DNA of 64,000 nt from Haemophilus parainfluenzae (GCA_963516375.1 CAUQBI010000012.1:6562-70561), one strand, 5' to 3'; shown: positions 21,143 through 32,237, counted from the first letter of the stretch. Notes: generated by a model from the letters alone, not told the origin. Made by a program: numbers and translations.

Positions 21143-21622
21143 TTATTTTAGTACGAGATAATTAGTTTGTTTCACTTCTTCCATGACGACATAAGTTCGG
21201 GTGTCATTCACACCAGGTAAGCGCAATAATGTGGTACCCAATAATTTTCGATATGCGGCCATATCTGCTACACGTGTCTTGAGTAAATAATCAAAATCAC
21301 CTGATACCAAATGACATTCGAGAATTTCATCAAGTGCTTGAATCGCGGCATTAAACTCTTCGAAAACATCCGGTTTACCACGCACAAGTGTAATTTCAAC
21401 GATCACCAATAAAGGCGCATCCAATAATTCAGGATTTAATAGCGCCCGATAGCCCATAATCACACCTTGTTTTTCTAAGCGTTTTACCCTTTCTAAGCAA
21501 GGCGTTGGCGATAAGCCAACTTTCTTTGATAAATCGATATTAGAGATTTTACCGTTGCGTTGTAATTCATTTAAGATTTTGATATCAATGCTATCCAACG
21601 CTTTATTTAATTTCTTTTCCAT
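21143..21622 (-). CDS. lrp: Leucine-responsive regulatory protein
   Basis: GLSPTPCLERVKRLE, ECHLVSGDFDYLLK and DTRTYVVMEEVK. Confidence 0.97.
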   Translation of the reverse strand: MEKKLNKALDSIDIKILNELQRNGKISNIDLSKKVGLSPTPCLERVKRLEKQGVIMGYRALLNPELLDAPLLVIVEITLVRGKPDVFEEFNAAIQALDEILECHLVSGDFDYLLKTRVADMAAYRKLLGTTLLRLPGVNDTRTYVVMEEVKQTNYLVLK

Positions 21623-21704
21623 AACCTTTCCTTATGTACGGCGCATATTCTATCTAATTTATCAAAAACTTGCAGTAATCAGACAACAATAGGACAACGT
21701 TTTT

Positions 21705-23084
21705 TTAGAAATTATCCAAAATGGCAAGCGCATCAGCGAGTTTTTTCACCGTAAAAACTTCCATATTCTCAACCGCACTTTTCGGCTTATTGGCAAAAGG
21801 GACAATCGCGCGTTTAAAACCATGTTTTGCAGCTTCACTGATGCGTTCTTGACCACTGGTTACCGGTCGAATTTCACCTGCTAACCCGACTTCACCAAAG
21901 ACAACTAAATCTTGTGGTAACGGTCGATTACGGAAACTCGAAATTAATGCAAGTAATAATGCAAGATCCGCCCCTGTTTCTCCGACTTTTACACCGCCAA
22001 CTACATTCACAAAAACATCTTGATCCGACATTTGTAGTCCACCATGACGATGTAATACCGCAAGCAATAAGGCTAAACGATTTTGTTCTAGTCCTACTGC
22101 CACACGACGCGGGTTAGCGAGCATGGAATGATCCACTAATGCTTGAATTTCCACCAAAAGCGGACGCGTTCCTTCCCAAAGTACCATGACTGAGCTACCA
22201 GGCGTTTGTTCATCTCCACGGCTTAAGAAAATTGCCGATGGATTTTTCACTTCGCGCAGGCCTTGCTCTGTCATACCAAATACCCCTAGCTCATTCACTG
22301 CGCCAAAACGGTTTTTATGGCTACGTAACGTACGGAAACGGGAATCTGCCTCCCCTTCCAGCAATAACGAACAGTCAATGGCATGTTCCAATACTTTCGG
22401 ACCTGCGAGGGTACCGTCTTTCGTGACATGTCCAACCATAATGATGGCAACTTGTCGGGTTTTCGCATAGCGAGTCAGGAACGAGGCACATTCACGCACT
22501 TGCGCTACACTACCTGGGGAAGATTGAATATCTGAAAGGTGCATAACCTGGATCGAATCCACCACAATAATTTGAGGTTTCAACTGATCCGCCAAATTAC
22601 AAATTTGCTCGACGGAGGTTTCAGATAACATATTTAATTTATCTGTCGGCAAATTTAAGCGATTAGCTCGCATAGCCACTTGTTGAAGTGACTCCTCCCC
22701 TGTTACATAAAGTGCGGTCATATTTTTTGCTAATCCACACATCACTTGAAGTAACAAAGTACTTTTCCCTGTACCAGGATGCCCACCAATTAAAATGGCA
22801 CTCCCTGGTACGATCCCGCCGCCTAATACGCGATCTAATTCTTTAAATCCACTGGTGAAACGCGGTGTTTCTTGTAAGCTAATTTCAGAAAGTGTTTGGA
22901 TTTTTGCACGAGTTTCTCCTGCATAACCACTAAAACGATCATTTTTTGCGGAATTTGAGGCTGAAATTAACCGCACTTCACTAATCGTATTCCAGGCTTT
23001 ACAGGCAGAACATTGCCCTTGCCAGCGCGAAAATTCAGCGCCACAATCATTACATACATAAGCGGTTTTAGGAGCTTTTGCCAT
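21705..23084 (-). CDS. radA: DNA repair protein RadA/Sms
   Basis: C4 zinc finger, Walker A GHPGTGKST, KNRFG motif and Lon-like C-terminus. Confidence 0.97.
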   Translation of the reverse strand: MAKAPKTAYVCNDCGAEFSRWQGQCSACKAWNTISEVRLISASNSAKNDRFSGYAGETRAKIQTLSEISLQETPRFTSGFKELDRVLGGGIVPGSAILIGGHPGTGKSTLLLQVMCGLAKNMTALYVTGEESLQQVAMRANRLNLPTDKLNMLSETSVEQICNLADQLKPQIIVVDSIQVMHLSDIQSSPGSVAQVRECASFLTRYAKTRQVAIIMVGHVTKDGTLAGPKVLEHAIDCSLLLEGEADSRFRTLRSHKNRFGAVNELGVFGMTEQGLREVKNPSAIFLSRGDEQTPGSSVMVLWEGTRPLLVEIQALVDHSMLANPRRVAVGLEQNRLALLLAVLHRHGGLQMSDQDVFVNVVGGVKVGETGADLALLLALISSFRNRPLPQDLVVFGEVGLAGEIRPVTSGQERISEAAKHGFKRAIVPFANKPKSAVENMEVFTVKKLADALAILDNF

Positions 23085-23110
23085 TTTTATTATCCTTTCG
23101 AGAAACTGTT

Positions 23111-24133
23111 TTACGCCATCAACATCATTAAACCAAGCATTCTTTCAAAATACGCACGGCTCTTTAATAACGCTTTTAACTTCTCAATAGTTTGAAAATT
23201 ATCTTTTGTTTCGCTATGAAAGGTAATCAAGCCTTTTATTTCATTAAGGAAAAATTGATTACTTGCTAATAACTCAGCTGATCGATTTTCGTCCAGTTTT
23301 TCAAACAAAGCTTTATTGTCATCATAATAATGATAAAGATTGAAAAATGCGCCGACACGTTCAACGGTCTTCATAAAATCAAAAGCAAACACATCCGTTG
23401 GGAATGAAAGGGTTTCCTCAATCAATTGCTGCTCCATTTTTATCACTGCACTTAATTGTTCGCGAGAATCAACCGCACTTCCCTCTCGTTCCTCTTTTAA
23501 GAAATCACGCCATTTATTTAGCCAATCAATCAGAAGTGGTTTGCTGCCTAATTGATAGCCGCGTTTTGCTTTGCTTGCTGAACTAAAATAAATATCCTGA
23601 TCAAAAGGTAAAAGTGAGACAAAATGGAAAAGATCTGAAACTAGCCCTTCTTTTAATTCGAATTCAATTTCACAAATAGGCTGTGTTTTTTCCCCTGATA
23701 AAATTTTCCCTTGATCGAAGGCCACTTCAATTTTTGATGCGCCAAACGCAATCAACCAAAAAGTGCGGTTAAAATCTGTTGAGAAAATCAGTTGTAATGT
23801 AGCGGAAGGTAAGTTTTCAAATGGATACAATGAGGTTAATTGTTCCGTTGTGGGTACTGAATCATCAGGTATAGATAAATTATATTCTGGACGACTATGC
23901 AATCCGCCAACCACTTTTCCGTCAGTTTTTAAGGTAAGTGTGAAATCATTATTTTCTCGACGGACACGCAATCCCATTTTTTGTTTAGCCAAAAAATGGT
24001 CGGGATAATCGAAATAGGCATTTCCCAGAAAGACTGTATTTTGTTCTAAGATATTGAATTGATTGAGATGTGTTTTTAGGGTATCGAAAGCATCAGAGGT
24101 AACTGCGAGCTTTAATTCAACTTCATTACTCAT
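23111..24133 (-). CDS. ygiF: CYTH-domain inorganic triphosphatase (YgiF-like)
   Basis: N-terminal EVELKL (ExExK), GLHSRPEY, ICEIEFELK and SKAKRGY; start taken at MSNEVELK. Confidence 0.85.
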   Translation of the reverse strand: MSNEVELKLAVTSDAFDTLKTHLNQFNILEQNTVFLGNAYFDYPDHFLAKQKMGLRVRRENNDFTLTLKTDGKVVGGLHSRPEYNLSIPDDSVPTTEQLTSLYPFENLPSATLQLIFSTDFNRTFWLIAFGASKIEVAFDQGKILSGEKTQPICEIEFELKEGLVSDLFHFVSLLPFDQDIYFSSASKAKRGYQLGSKPLLIDWLNKWRDFLKEEREGSAVDSREQLSAVIKMEQQLIEETLSFPTDVFAFDFMKTVERVGAFFNLYHYYDDNKALFEKLDENRSAELLASNQFFLNEIKGLITFHSETKDNFQTIEKLKALLKSRAYFERMLGLMMLMA

Positions 24134-24155
24134 TTTATTTTTCCTTATCACTTTT

Positions 24156-24175
24156 AACTGTTTAAATATACAGAT
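24156..24175. promoter_or_regulatory. LexA (SOS) box upstream of ygiF-radA
   Basis: aaCTGTttaaatatACAGat matches CTGT-N8-ACAG with an AT-only spacer. Confidence 0.65.
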
Positions 24176-24271
24176 AATTTTATACAAATCAAGATCTTTT
24201 TCGTGTATTTCCTTATAAAATCAGGTAATATGCAACCGAAATTTTAACCCTTGTTATGGAGTAAAACACCT

Positions 24272-24952
24272 ATGGCAATGAATAATATTCTCGGATTATT
24301 TGCCCATTCTCCTTTAAAACCACTGCAGAAACATTCTGACAAAGTGACTGAATGTTGTGATTTATTAATTCCATTCTTCCAACATACCTTTGTAAAACAA
24401 TGGGATGATGCCGAAAAAACACGTCTAGACATTTCTCAATGTGAACGTGAAGCAGATAGTTTAAAACGCGAAATCCGTTTGAAATTGCCTCGCGGTTTAT
24501 TTTTACCCATTGATCGTACCGATTTACTTGAACTAGTCACCCAACAAGACAAATTGGCTAACTATGCTAAAGACATTGCTGGCCGTATGATCGGTCGCCA
24601 ATTTGGCATTCCTGAAGAAATGCAGGAAGAATTTTTGCATTATGTTCAACGTAGTTTAGATTCTATTCATCAAGCTCATTTAGTGATTGAAGAAATGGAT
24701 AAACTACTTGAAACCGGTTTTAAAGGCCGTGAATTAAAGTTAGTGAACCATATGATTCAAGAGCTAGACAGCATTGAAGATGATACGGATCAAATGCAAA
24801 TTAAATTGCGTAAAATGCTCTACACGATTGAAAGTCGTTATAACCCTATTGATGTGATGTTCTTATATAAAATCATCGAATGGGTAGGCGTATTAGCCGA
24901 TCAAGCTCAACGTGTTGGATCTCGCATTGAATTAATGCTAGCCCGTTCCTAA
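24272..24952 (+). CDS. DUF47/TIGR00153 PhoU-like phosphate transport regulator
   Basis: FAHSPLKPLQKH, EREAD, PIDRTDLL and QDKLAN; upstream of a Pit transporter. Confidence 0.88.
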   Translation: MAMNNILGLFAHSPLKPLQKHSDKVTECCDLLIPFFQHTFVKQWDDAEKTRLDISQCEREADSLKREIRLKLPRGLFLPIDRTDLLELVTQQDKLANYAKDIAGRMIGRQFGIPEEMQEEFLHYVQRSLDSIHQAHLVIEEMDKLLETGFKGRELKLVNHMIQELDSIEDDTDQMQIKLRKMLYTIESRYNPIDVMFLYKIIEWVGVLADQAQRVGSRIELMLARS

Positions 24953-24987
24953 TTCTGACGACATTAACTACAACATAGGAAATCACT

Positions 24988-26250
24988 ATGGAAATTATTA
25001 ATGCATACGGTTCGTGGTTAGTCTTAATTACCGCGGTATTCGGTTTTTTTATGGCATTTGGTATTGGTGCCAACGACGTATCAAACTCAATGGGTACCTC
25101 AGTTGGTTCGGGTACCATTACAGCTAAACAAGCCATTATTATTGCCCTCATTTTTGAATCTGCCGGGGCTTATTTAGCCGGCGGTGAAGTAACAGAAACC
25201 ATCAAAAGTGGTGTGATCGATCCCTCTCAATTTGTCGAGATGCCAGATGTATTGGCATTAGGGATGCTTTCTACTCTCTTTGCATCAGGTGCTTGGTTAT
25301 TTATCGCCACAAAAATGGGTTGGCCTGTTTCTGGTACTCACACCATCATCGGAGCTTTAATTGGTTTTGCTTGTATTACGATTGGTCCAAGTTCTGTTGA
25401 CTGGTCTACTATCGGTGGGATCGTTGGAAGTTGGTTTATCACCCCCGTGATCGCAGGACTTTTAGCTTATACCATCTTTGCAAGTATCCAGAAACTCATT
25501 TTCGATACCGAAGAACCGCTTAAAAACGCACAAAAATATGGGCCTTACTACATGGCGATTACCGTATTCGTACTTTGTATCGTTACCATGGCAAAAGGTT
25601 TAAAACACGTTGGTTTAAATCTTTCCAACAATGAAACCCTCGTTATTTCATTGCTTATCAGCGTTGTTGGTATGATCTTCTGCCATTTTTACTTCCGCAG
25701 TAACACCTTTACAGCAAAAGCAAGAAAAGGCTCCTTCGGTTCAGTAGAAAAGATTTTTAGTATCTTAATGCTTTTAACCGCTTGTGCAATGGCATTCGCA
25801 CATGGTTCTAATGACGTAGCTAATGCAATTGGTCCGCTTTCTTCTGTGGTATCAATCGTGCAAAATGGCGGGAAAATCCTGAGTGGTGGTGATTTAGCCT
25901 GGTGGATTTTACCTTTAGGTGCATTAGGTATCGCCGTTGGTCTTATCGCAATGGGACAAAAAGTAATGGCAACCGTAGGATCGGGTATTACCGATTTAAC
26001 CCCTAGTCGTGGTTTTGCCGCACAATTTGCAACTGCGATGACTGTTGTTGTCGCATCAGGTACAGGTTTACCAATCTCCACGACACAGACTTTAGTGGGC
26101 GCAATCTTAGGTATCGGTTTCGCACGTGGTATTGCGGCGCTTAACTTGACAGTTATCCGTAACATCATTAGTTCATGGATTGTAACGTTGCCTGCTGGTG
26201 CATTCTTTGCGATTGTGATTTTCTACATCCTTCGCGCGATTTTCCACTAG
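24988..26250 (+). CDS. Inorganic phosphate transporter (PiT family)
   Basis: GANDVSNSMG, HGSNDVANAIGP and LPISTTQ signature motifs. Confidence 0.92.
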   Translation: MEIINAYGSWLVLITAVFGFFMAFGIGANDVSNSMGTSVGSGTITAKQAIIIALIFESAGAYLAGGEVTETIKSGVIDPSQFVEMPDVLALGMLSTLFASGAWLFIATKMGWPVSGTHTIIGALIGFACITIGPSSVDWSTIGGIVGSWFITPVIAGLLAYTIFASIQKLIFDTEEPLKNAQKYGPYYMAITVFVLCIVTMAKGLKHVGLNLSNNETLVISLLISVVGMIFCHFYFRSNTFTAKARKGSFGSVEKIFSILMLLTACAMAFAHGSNDVANAIGPLSSVVSIVQNGGKILSGGDLAWWILPLGALGIAVGLIAMGQKVMATVGSGITDLTPSRGFAAQFATAMTVVVASGTGLPISTTQTLVGAILGIGFARGIAALNLTVIRNIISSWIVTLPAGAFFAIVIFYILRAIFH

Positions 26251-26318
26251 TATAATTATTATAAGTGCGGTTTGTTTCATTTTCCGACCGCACTTTCTTC
26301 ATGAATCTAGGAAGTATT

Positions 26319-26927
26319 ATGTCAAAAGTGAGCAAACTTTTATTTTCTTGCGTTCTATTGGGATCAACCATTGGAACAGTACAAGCTGAAACGCAATATG
26401 TGACAGAAAATCTGAACACATATTTACGTCGTGGTGCAGGTGATCAATTTAAGATCGCGGGTGCAATCCAATCAGGCGAAGCGGTAACAGTCTTAGGACA
26501 AGAAGGAAAATATACCCTAATTCGTGATAATAAAAATCGCGAGGCATGGATTTTAACCTCGGAACTAAGTTCTACGCCAAGTAGCCGTGAAGAAAATCCA
26601 AAATTAAAAGCACAGGTACAAGAGTTAACATTAAAGCTGAATCGTGTCGATTCAGATTGGCAACAACGCACAAACGAAATTCAACGCCGTAGCAAACAAG
26701 CTGAACAACAAAGCAGTGAATTGCTTGAACAAAATTCACAGCTTAAACGTGAATTAGAAATGACGAAAAATAAAAATCGTGATTTAGAAGCCATGCTTGA
26801 TGCCAATAAACGTGAAATTGCAATTCAATGGTTTATTTATGGTGGTTCGGTGTTGGGCGTAGGTTTGTTAATTGGTCTTGTATTACCTCACATTTTACCT
26901 AGACGTAAACGCCGTGATAACTGGTAA
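26319..26927 (+). CDS. ygiM: SH3-domain, coiled-coil and C-terminal TM protein (YgiM/TIGR04211)
   Basis: Signal peptide, YLRRGAG, QWFIYGGSVLG and basic tail; upstream of cca. Confidence 0.88.
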   Translation: MSKVSKLLFSCVLLGSTIGTVQAETQYVTENLNTYLRRGAGDQFKIAGAIQSGEAVTVLGQEGKYTLIRDNKNREAWILTSELSSTPSSREENPKLKAQVQELTLKLNRVDSDWQQRTNEIQRRSKQAEQQSSELLEQNSQLKRELEMTKNKNRDLEAMLDANKREIAIQWFIYGGSVLGVGLLIGLVLPHILPRRKRRDNW

Positions 26928-26988
26928 TGATTCATCATTGAGGTAGGCATTTGCCTACCTTTTCTTTATATATTGATGGGAGAGTAAA

Positions 26989-28233
26989 ATGGACATTTAT
27001 CTTGTCGGCGGTGCTGTACGCGATCAACTTTTAGGTTTGCCAATTAAAGATCGTGACTGGGTTGTCGTGGGTGCGACACCAGAAATGTTGTTAGCTCAAG
27101 GTTACCAGCAAGTTGGCAAAGACTTCCCCGTTTTTCTCAATCCTGAAAACCATGAAGAATATGCACTTGCTCGTACAGAACGAAAATCAGGCAAAGGCTA
27201 CACTGGATTTATTTGTGATTTTTCAGATGAGATTACGCTTGAACAAGATTTAATTCGTCGAGATCTTACCATTAATGCCATTGCCCAAGACAAAGATGGC
27301 AAGCTGCACGATCCTTATCATGGTGTAGAGGATATTCATCAACGTATTTTACGTCATATTTCACCTGCTTTTGCTGAAGATCCACTGCGTGTATTACGTG
27401 TTGCACGCTTTGCGGCTCGCTTTCATCATTTAGGTTTTTCTATTGCCGAAGAAACCCTTAAATTAATGGCTGAACTCACTGAACAAGGTGAACTCGCCCA
27501 CCTAACGGCTGAGCGAGTTTGGATGGAAACAGAAAAAGCATTAAACGAACCTCATCCTGAAATTTATTTTGAAACGCTACATCAAGTCGGCGCACTCAAA
27601 GTACTTTTCCCTGAGATTTCCGCCTTAGACGGTGTACCGAACCCAGCCAAATACCATCCTGAAATTGACAGCTTTATTCATACCATGCTCGTATTGCAAC
27701 AAGCCGTTAAACTCACAGAAAATACCAATTTGAATAAAAGTGCGGTTCGTTTTGCTGCGATTTGTCATGATCTTGGAAAAGCCCTTACACCAAAAGAAAT
27801 GTGGCCTAGTCATCATGGACATGAAAAAGCGGGGATTAAACCGACTCGTTCATTATGCAAACGTCTTAGAGTCCCTAATTATCTTCAAGAATTAGCTGAA
27901 TTAACTTGCGAATATCACACACATGCACACAAAGCATTAGAACTTCGCCCAGAAACAGTAGTGAAACTCTTTAATACTTTTGATGTTTGGCGCAAGCCTC
28001 AGCGATTTGAGGAATTTTTATTGGTATGTTTATCTGATACTCGCGGGCGAACTGGATTTGAAAATAAAGAATACCCGCAAATTGATTATCTCAAATCGCT
28101 CTACCAAGCTGCTCTTGATGTTGATGTACAGCAAGTCATTGCAGATGGTTTTGAAAAACAAGGTATTCGAGATGAGTTAACGCGTCGAAGAATTGCCGCG
28201 GTGAAAGCAGAGAAAACACGCTTAAATGCTTAA
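26989..28233 (+). CDS. cca: Multifunctional CCA-adding tRNA nucleotidyltransferase with HD domain
   Basis: [31 protein letters not shown] and HDLGK. Confidence 0.97.
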   Translation: MDIYLVGGAVRDQLLGLPIKDRDWVVVGATPEMLLAQGYQQVGKDFPVFLNPENHEEYALARTERKSGKGYTGFICDFSDEITLEQDLIRRDLTINAIAQDKDGKLHDPYHGVEDIHQRILRHISPAFAEDPLRVLRVARFAARFHHLGFSIAEETLKLMAELTEQGELAHLTAERVWMETEKALNEPHPEIYFETLHQVGALKVLFPEISALDGVPNPAKYHPEIDSFIHTMLVLQQAVKLTENTNLNKSAVRFAAICHDLGKALTPKEMWPSHHGHEKAGIKPTRSLCKRLRVPNYLQELAELTCEYHTHAHKALELRPETVVKLFNTFDVWRKPQRFEEFLLVCLSDTRGRTGFENKEYPQIDYLKSLYQAALDVDVQQVIADGFEKQGIRDELTRRRIAAVKAEKTRLNA

Positions 28234-28297
28234 TCCAGCTTTACTAAAAGTAAACTAACCCTTACAATATGTGCAATTTTTTAGTAAATATTTTGTT

Positions 28298-28921
28298 ATG
28301 AAATTATTAAAATCTCTTCTAGCATCTGTATTTGCAAGTGTGATCTTATCCGCTTGTACTCTTGATACAGAGCGCCCAACAGATGTTCAACATATCGATA
28401 AAAACGATATTACGTGGCAACAGCACCTCAAAAAAATCAAACAAATTCAATCTTATAGCACAAAAGGACAAATTGGTTACATCAGTCCACAAGAGCGTTT
28501 TTCTAGTCGCTTTGAATGGCAATATCAAAACCCGAAAGCCTATAAGTTAAAACTTTATTCTCTGATCAGCAAAACAACGCTAACCATGGAAATGCATCCA
28601 AATGGCATGACCATTTCAGATAATAAAGGCAACCAACAATCTGATAAAAACGCCAAATTATTGTTACGCGAAATCATCGGAATGGATGTGCCATTAGAGC
28701 ATTTATCTTATTGGTTAAAAGGTCAGCCAGCGGATAACGCCGATTACCAAGTTGGAACTAATCATCTTTTATCCGAATTTAGCTACCCACTTGATGGCTC
28801 GATGTGGACAGCCGATTATCTGAGCTACCATCCGGATAATTCGATGCCTGAAAATATTCTATTAAAGAATAAAAGTACATCACAAACCCTAAAAATTCGT
28901 GTGGATGAATGGGCGTTCTAA
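28298..28921 (+). CDS. lolB: Outer-membrane lipoprotein receptor LolB
   Basis: Lipobox LSAC, WQQH and LSYWLKG; lolB-ispE-prs synteny. Confidence 0.92.
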   Translation: MKLLKSLLASVFASVILSACTLDTERPTDVQHIDKNDITWQQHLKKIKQIQSYSTKGQIGYISPQERFSSRFEWQYQNPKAYKLKLYSLISKTTLTMEMHPNGMTISDNKGNQQSDKNAKLLLREIIGMDVPLEHLSYWLKGQPADNADYQVGTNHLLSEFSYPLDGSMWTADYLSYHPDNSMPENILLKNKSTSQTLKIRVDEWAF

Positions 28922-29844
28922 TGAAAAAACATCACTTTTCGACCGCACTTTCAACTTCTCTTGGAAAGCCTAACCGCTTTCCAAGCCCCGCAAAACTCAA
29001 TTTATTTCTCTATATAAACGGTAAACTGCCAAACGGCTACCACGAATTACAAACCCTTTTCCAATTTCTTGATTTCGGCGATTGGCTCACTATTGATATT
29101 TGCCAAGATAAACAAATCCGCATCTCTCCTGAAATTCCAGGCTTACCTCTAGAACAAAACTTAATCTATCGTGCAGCGACACTCCTACAAGAAAAAACAG
29201 GCTGTACACTCGGCGCGACAATTCATTTAGATAAAATTCTGCCCATGGGCGGTGGGATTGGCGGTGGCTCATCCAATGCTGCAACGACTCTGCTTGCTTT
29301 GAACTATTTATGGCAAACCCATCTATCCATTGATGAACTTGCCGAACTTGGGCTAAAACTCGGGGCTGATGTGCCTATCTTCGTTCATGGCCAAGCTGCT
29401 TTTGCCGAAGGGGTGGGTGAAAAAATCCAATACTGCGAACCACAAGAAAAATATTATGTGGTACTAAAACCTGAAACTTCGATTTCTACTGCGGTGGTTT
29501 TTAGTGATCACGATTTGCCTCGAAATACAGAAAAAAGATCCCTTGCAGAACTTCTGAATCAACCGTTTGCAAACGATTGCGAAAAAGTCGTGCGAACTCA
29601 ATATCCTGAAGTTGAAAAAGCCCTACTATGGTTGCTACAATATGCACCAGCCAGATTAACCGGAACCGGGGCTTGTGTTTTTGCTGAATTTGATGATGAA
29701 AAATCAGCACAAGCTGTTTTCCAACAAAAACCGAAGGAATTTTTCGGCTTTGTTGCTAAAGGATTAAACGTTTCACCATTACATGCGATGTTGAAACAAC
29801 TCTCGACCAACCAATCTATCTACACTCAACCTGAGGTTATATAA
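28921..29844 (+). CDS. ispE: 4-diphosphocytidyl-2-C-methyl-D-erythritol kinase
   Basis: [29 protein letters not shown] and LTGTGACVF. Confidence 0.97.
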   Translation: MKKHHFSTALSTSLGKPNRFPSPAKLNLFLYINGKLPNGYHELQTLFQFLDFGDWLTIDICQDKQIRISPEIPGLPLEQNLIYRAATLLQEKTGCTLGATIHLDKILPMGGGIGGGSSNAATTLLALNYLWQTHLSIDELAELGLKLGADVPIFVHGQAAFAEGVGEKIQYCEPQEKYYVVLKPETSISTAVVFSDHDLPRNTEKRSLAELLNQPFANDCEKVVRTQYPEVEKALLWLLQYAPARLTGTGACVFAEFDDEKSAQAVFQQKPKEFFGFVAKGLNVSPLHAMLKQLSTNQSIYTQPEVI

Positions 29845-29845
29845 A

Positions 29846-30793
29846 ATGCCAGACATTAAACTCTTTGCTGGAAATGCTACGCCTGAGCTAGCGAAAAAGA
29901 TTTCTGAACGTCTTTACATTTCATTAGGCGATGCCACTGTTGGACGCTTTAGCGATGGTGAAATCCAAGTGCAAATTAATGAAAATGTGCGTGGTGCAGA
30001 CGTGTTTATTATTCAATCCACTTGTGCACCAACGAATGACAACCTGATGGAATTGATTGTAATGGTTGATGCTTTACGTCGTGCATCTGCCGGCCGTATT
30101 ACTGCTGTTGTTCCTTATTTTGGTTATGCTCGTCAAGATCGTCGTGTGCGTTCTGCTCGTGTGCCAATCACTGCAAAAGTGGTAGCTGATTTACTTTCAA
30201 CTGTAGGAATTGACCGTGTATTAACTTGTGACTTACACGCAGAGCAAATCCAAGGTTTCTTTGATGTACCAGTTGATAACGTATTCGGTTCACCGGTTTT
30301 ACTTGATGATATCCTGAAGAAACCCGATCTCGTCAATCCTATTGTTGTTTCTCCTGATATCGGCGGTGTGGTACGTGCACGTGCAGTCGCGAAATTATTA
30401 AACGATACAGAGATGGCAATTATCGACAAACGTCGTCCACGCGCAAACGTATCACAAGTTATGCATATTATCGGGGATGTTGCAGATCGTGATTGTATTC
30501 TTGTTGATGATATGATTGATACAGGTGGTACATTATGTAAAGCAGCTGAAGCATTAAAAGAACGCGGTGCAAAACGCGTATTTGCTTACGCAACTCACGC
30601 CGTTTTCTCTGGTGCAGCCGCACAACACTTAGCGAGCGATGCCATTGATGAAATCGTAGTAACGGATACTGTGCCACTTTCACCGGAAATGAAAGCGCTT
30701 GGTAAAGTGCGCGTGCTGACTCTTTCAACGATGCTTGCTGAAGCAATTCGTCGTATCAGCAATGAAGAATCTATTTCAGCAATGTTTGAATAA
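29846..30793 (+). CDS. prs: Ribose-phosphate pyrophosphokinase
   Basis: [19 protein letters not shown] and DDMIDTGGT. Confidence 0.98.
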   Translation: MPDIKLFAGNATPELAKKISERLYISLGDATVGRFSDGEIQVQINENVRGADVFIIQSTCAPTNDNLMELIVMVDALRRASAGRITAVVPYFGYARQDRRVRSARVPITAKVVADLLSTVGIDRVLTCDLHAEQIQGFFDVPVDNVFGSPVLLDDILKKPDLVNPIVVSPDIGGVVRARAVAKLLNDTEMAIIDKRRPRANVSQVMHIIGDVADRDCILVDDMIDTGGTLCKAAEALKERGAKRVFAYATHAVFSGAAAQHLASDAIDEIVVTDTVPLSPEMKALGKVRVLTLSTMLAEAIRRISNEESISAMFE

Positions 30794-30815
30794 TTCTTTC
30801 GCTTAGCATTTATTT

Positions 30816-30861
30816 TAAAAGTGCGGTCAGAAAATCCAGTGTTTTTTGACCGCACTTTTTT
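30816..30861 (+). terminator. USS-pair terminator of prs
   Basis: AAGTGCGGTca (30819)...tgACCGCACTT (30849) plus T-run. Confidence 0.75.
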
Positions 30862-30883
30862 ATGCAGCAACTAAAAATAAGGC

Positions 30884-30962
30884 AAAAAAAAGTGCCCCAC
30901 TGGGGCACTACTCGGAAAGCAAAATAGATGTCGGCTATTTAAAAATAGCACTTGTTTTTAGT
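30884..30962 (-). ncRNA. Candidate ~80-nt CRP-regulated small RNA between prs and mdh
   Basis: Minus-strand TTGCAA-N17-TATTCT promoter; hairpin gctattt/aaatagc; terminator agtgcccca/tggggcact with a U-run; both flanking genes have their own terminators. Confidence 0.65.
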
Positions 30963-31010
30963 GATTTAAGAATACGGCAAAGTCCTTTATATTGCAAATA
31001 GCAATGTTCA

Positions 31011-31034
31011 AATTTGTGAGCTAAATCACGCTTT
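31011..31034. promoter_or_regulatory. CRP site upstream of the candidate sRNA promoter
   Basis: TGTGA-gctaaa-TCACG at 31015-31030, centred about -60.5/-61.5. Confidence 0.65.
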
Positions 31035-31068
31035 TTCTTCACTTTTTTATGTTTAATCGTTTTCGTAT

Positions 31069-31097
31069 AAAAAAAGAGGAGCTGACTGCTCCTCTTT
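31069..31097 (-). terminator. mdh terminator
   Basis: aaagaggagc-tgact-gctcctcttt with an A-run (U-tail on the minus strand). Confidence 0.8.
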
Positions 31098-31115
31098 ACT
31101 AGAAATAGAATTAAA

Positions 31116-32051
31116 TTAACCGTTAATAAATTTTTCGCCTAATTCAATATCTGCACGCAATGTTGGTAACATTGCTTCTAAAGCCTCTTCTTCAAATTTG
31201 CTTAAGGTACCGATTGGTAAAATTTCTTCTACACCTTCTTTACCTAAACGTACTGGTTGAGAGAAGAAACGTGCATATTTACCGTCACCTTCTACATAAG
31301 TACATTCAACGACAGTTTCACCACTTAAGCCTTTCACTAATGAACGTGCAAAACGCGCTGCCGCTTGAGCCATAGAAAGTGTCGCAGAACCGCCACCCGC
31401 TTTTGCTTCAACTACTTCAGTACCTGCATTTTGGATACGTTTTGTTAATGGTGCGATTTCCTCTTCTTTCCACTCAGCATATTGAACTTGTGAAAGTAAT
31501 GGAAGAATGGTTACACCTGAGTGACCGCCAATTACTGGTACGCTTGTACGAGAAACATTTAAGCCTTTTAATTCAGAAACGAATGTTTCAGAACGTAATA
31601 CGTCTAAAGTGGTGACACCGAATAATTTACGTTTGTCGTAAACACCTGCTTTTTTCAATACTTCTGCAGCAATTGCAACAGTTGTATTCACAGGATTAGT
31701 GATAATACCTACACAAGCTTTTGGACAAGTTTTTGCAACATGTTCAATTAAGTTGCGCACAATACCCGCATTGATATTGAAAAGATCTGAACGATCCATA
31801 CCAGGTTTACGTGCAACCCCTGCAGAAATTAAAACGACATCAGCACCTTTTAGTGCAGGTGTTGGATCTTCACCCGCAAAACCTTCTACTTTAACCGCTG
31901 TTGGGATATGACTCACATCTTTAGCAACACCTGGTGTCACTGGTGCGATATCATAAAGTGCTAATTCACTTTCAGCGGGTAATTGTAATTTAAGTAATAA
32001 GGCTAATGCTTGACCAATACCGCCTGCTGCGCCTAATACTGCAACTTTCAT
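31116..32051 (-). CDS. mdh: Malate dehydrogenase
   Basis: [30 protein letters not shown] and GSATLSM. Confidence 0.98.
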   Translation of the reverse strand: MKVAVLGAAGGIGQALALLLKLQLPAESELALYDIAPVTPGVAKDVSHIPTAVKVEGFAGEDPTPALKGADVVLISAGVARKPGMDRSDLFNINAGIVRNLIEHVAKTCPKACVGIITNPVNTTVAIAAEVLKKAGVYDKRKLFGVTTLDVLRSETFVSELKGLNVSRTSVPVIGGHSGVTILPLLSQVQYAEWKEEEIAPLTKRIQNAGTEVVEAKAGGGSATLSMAQAAARFARSLVKGLSGETVVECTYVEGDGKYARFFSQPVRLGKEGVEEILPIGTLSKFEEEALEAMLPTLRADIELGEKFING

Positions 32052-32091
32052 AAAATACTCCTCATGTATTAATTAATCCTAACTAGGTAGA

Positions 32092-32153
32092 ATTTTAAAG
32101 TCTTAGTCATTAAATTACAAACAGAGAAATTCAATAATGCGATCTAGCTCAAA
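32092..32153 (-). promoter_or_regulatory. mdh promoter with upstream CRP-like site
   Basis: Minus-strand TTGTAA-N17-TAAAAT; TGCGA-tctagc-TCAAA at 32138-32153 (class I position). Confidence 0.55.
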
Positions 32154-32187
32154 CTTTTCAAACGGCAAATTTATTTTAATTGCCTAA

Positions 32188-32205
32188 AATGAATTTTTAT
32201 GCAAT
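32188..32205. promoter_or_regulatory. ARG box upstream of argR (autoregulation)
   Basis: aaTGAAtttttaTGCAat resembles the ArgR operator consensus. Confidence 0.55.
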
Positions 32206-32237
32206 TCTTATGCAAATCCCCCTATACGAGAATAACT

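Noticed and set aside
24179..24192. FNR-like TTTAT-N4-ATCAA upstream of DUF47-pit
   Set aside because: It has a mismatch at a key base in AT-rich DNA, and its spacing to candidate -10 elements is off by one
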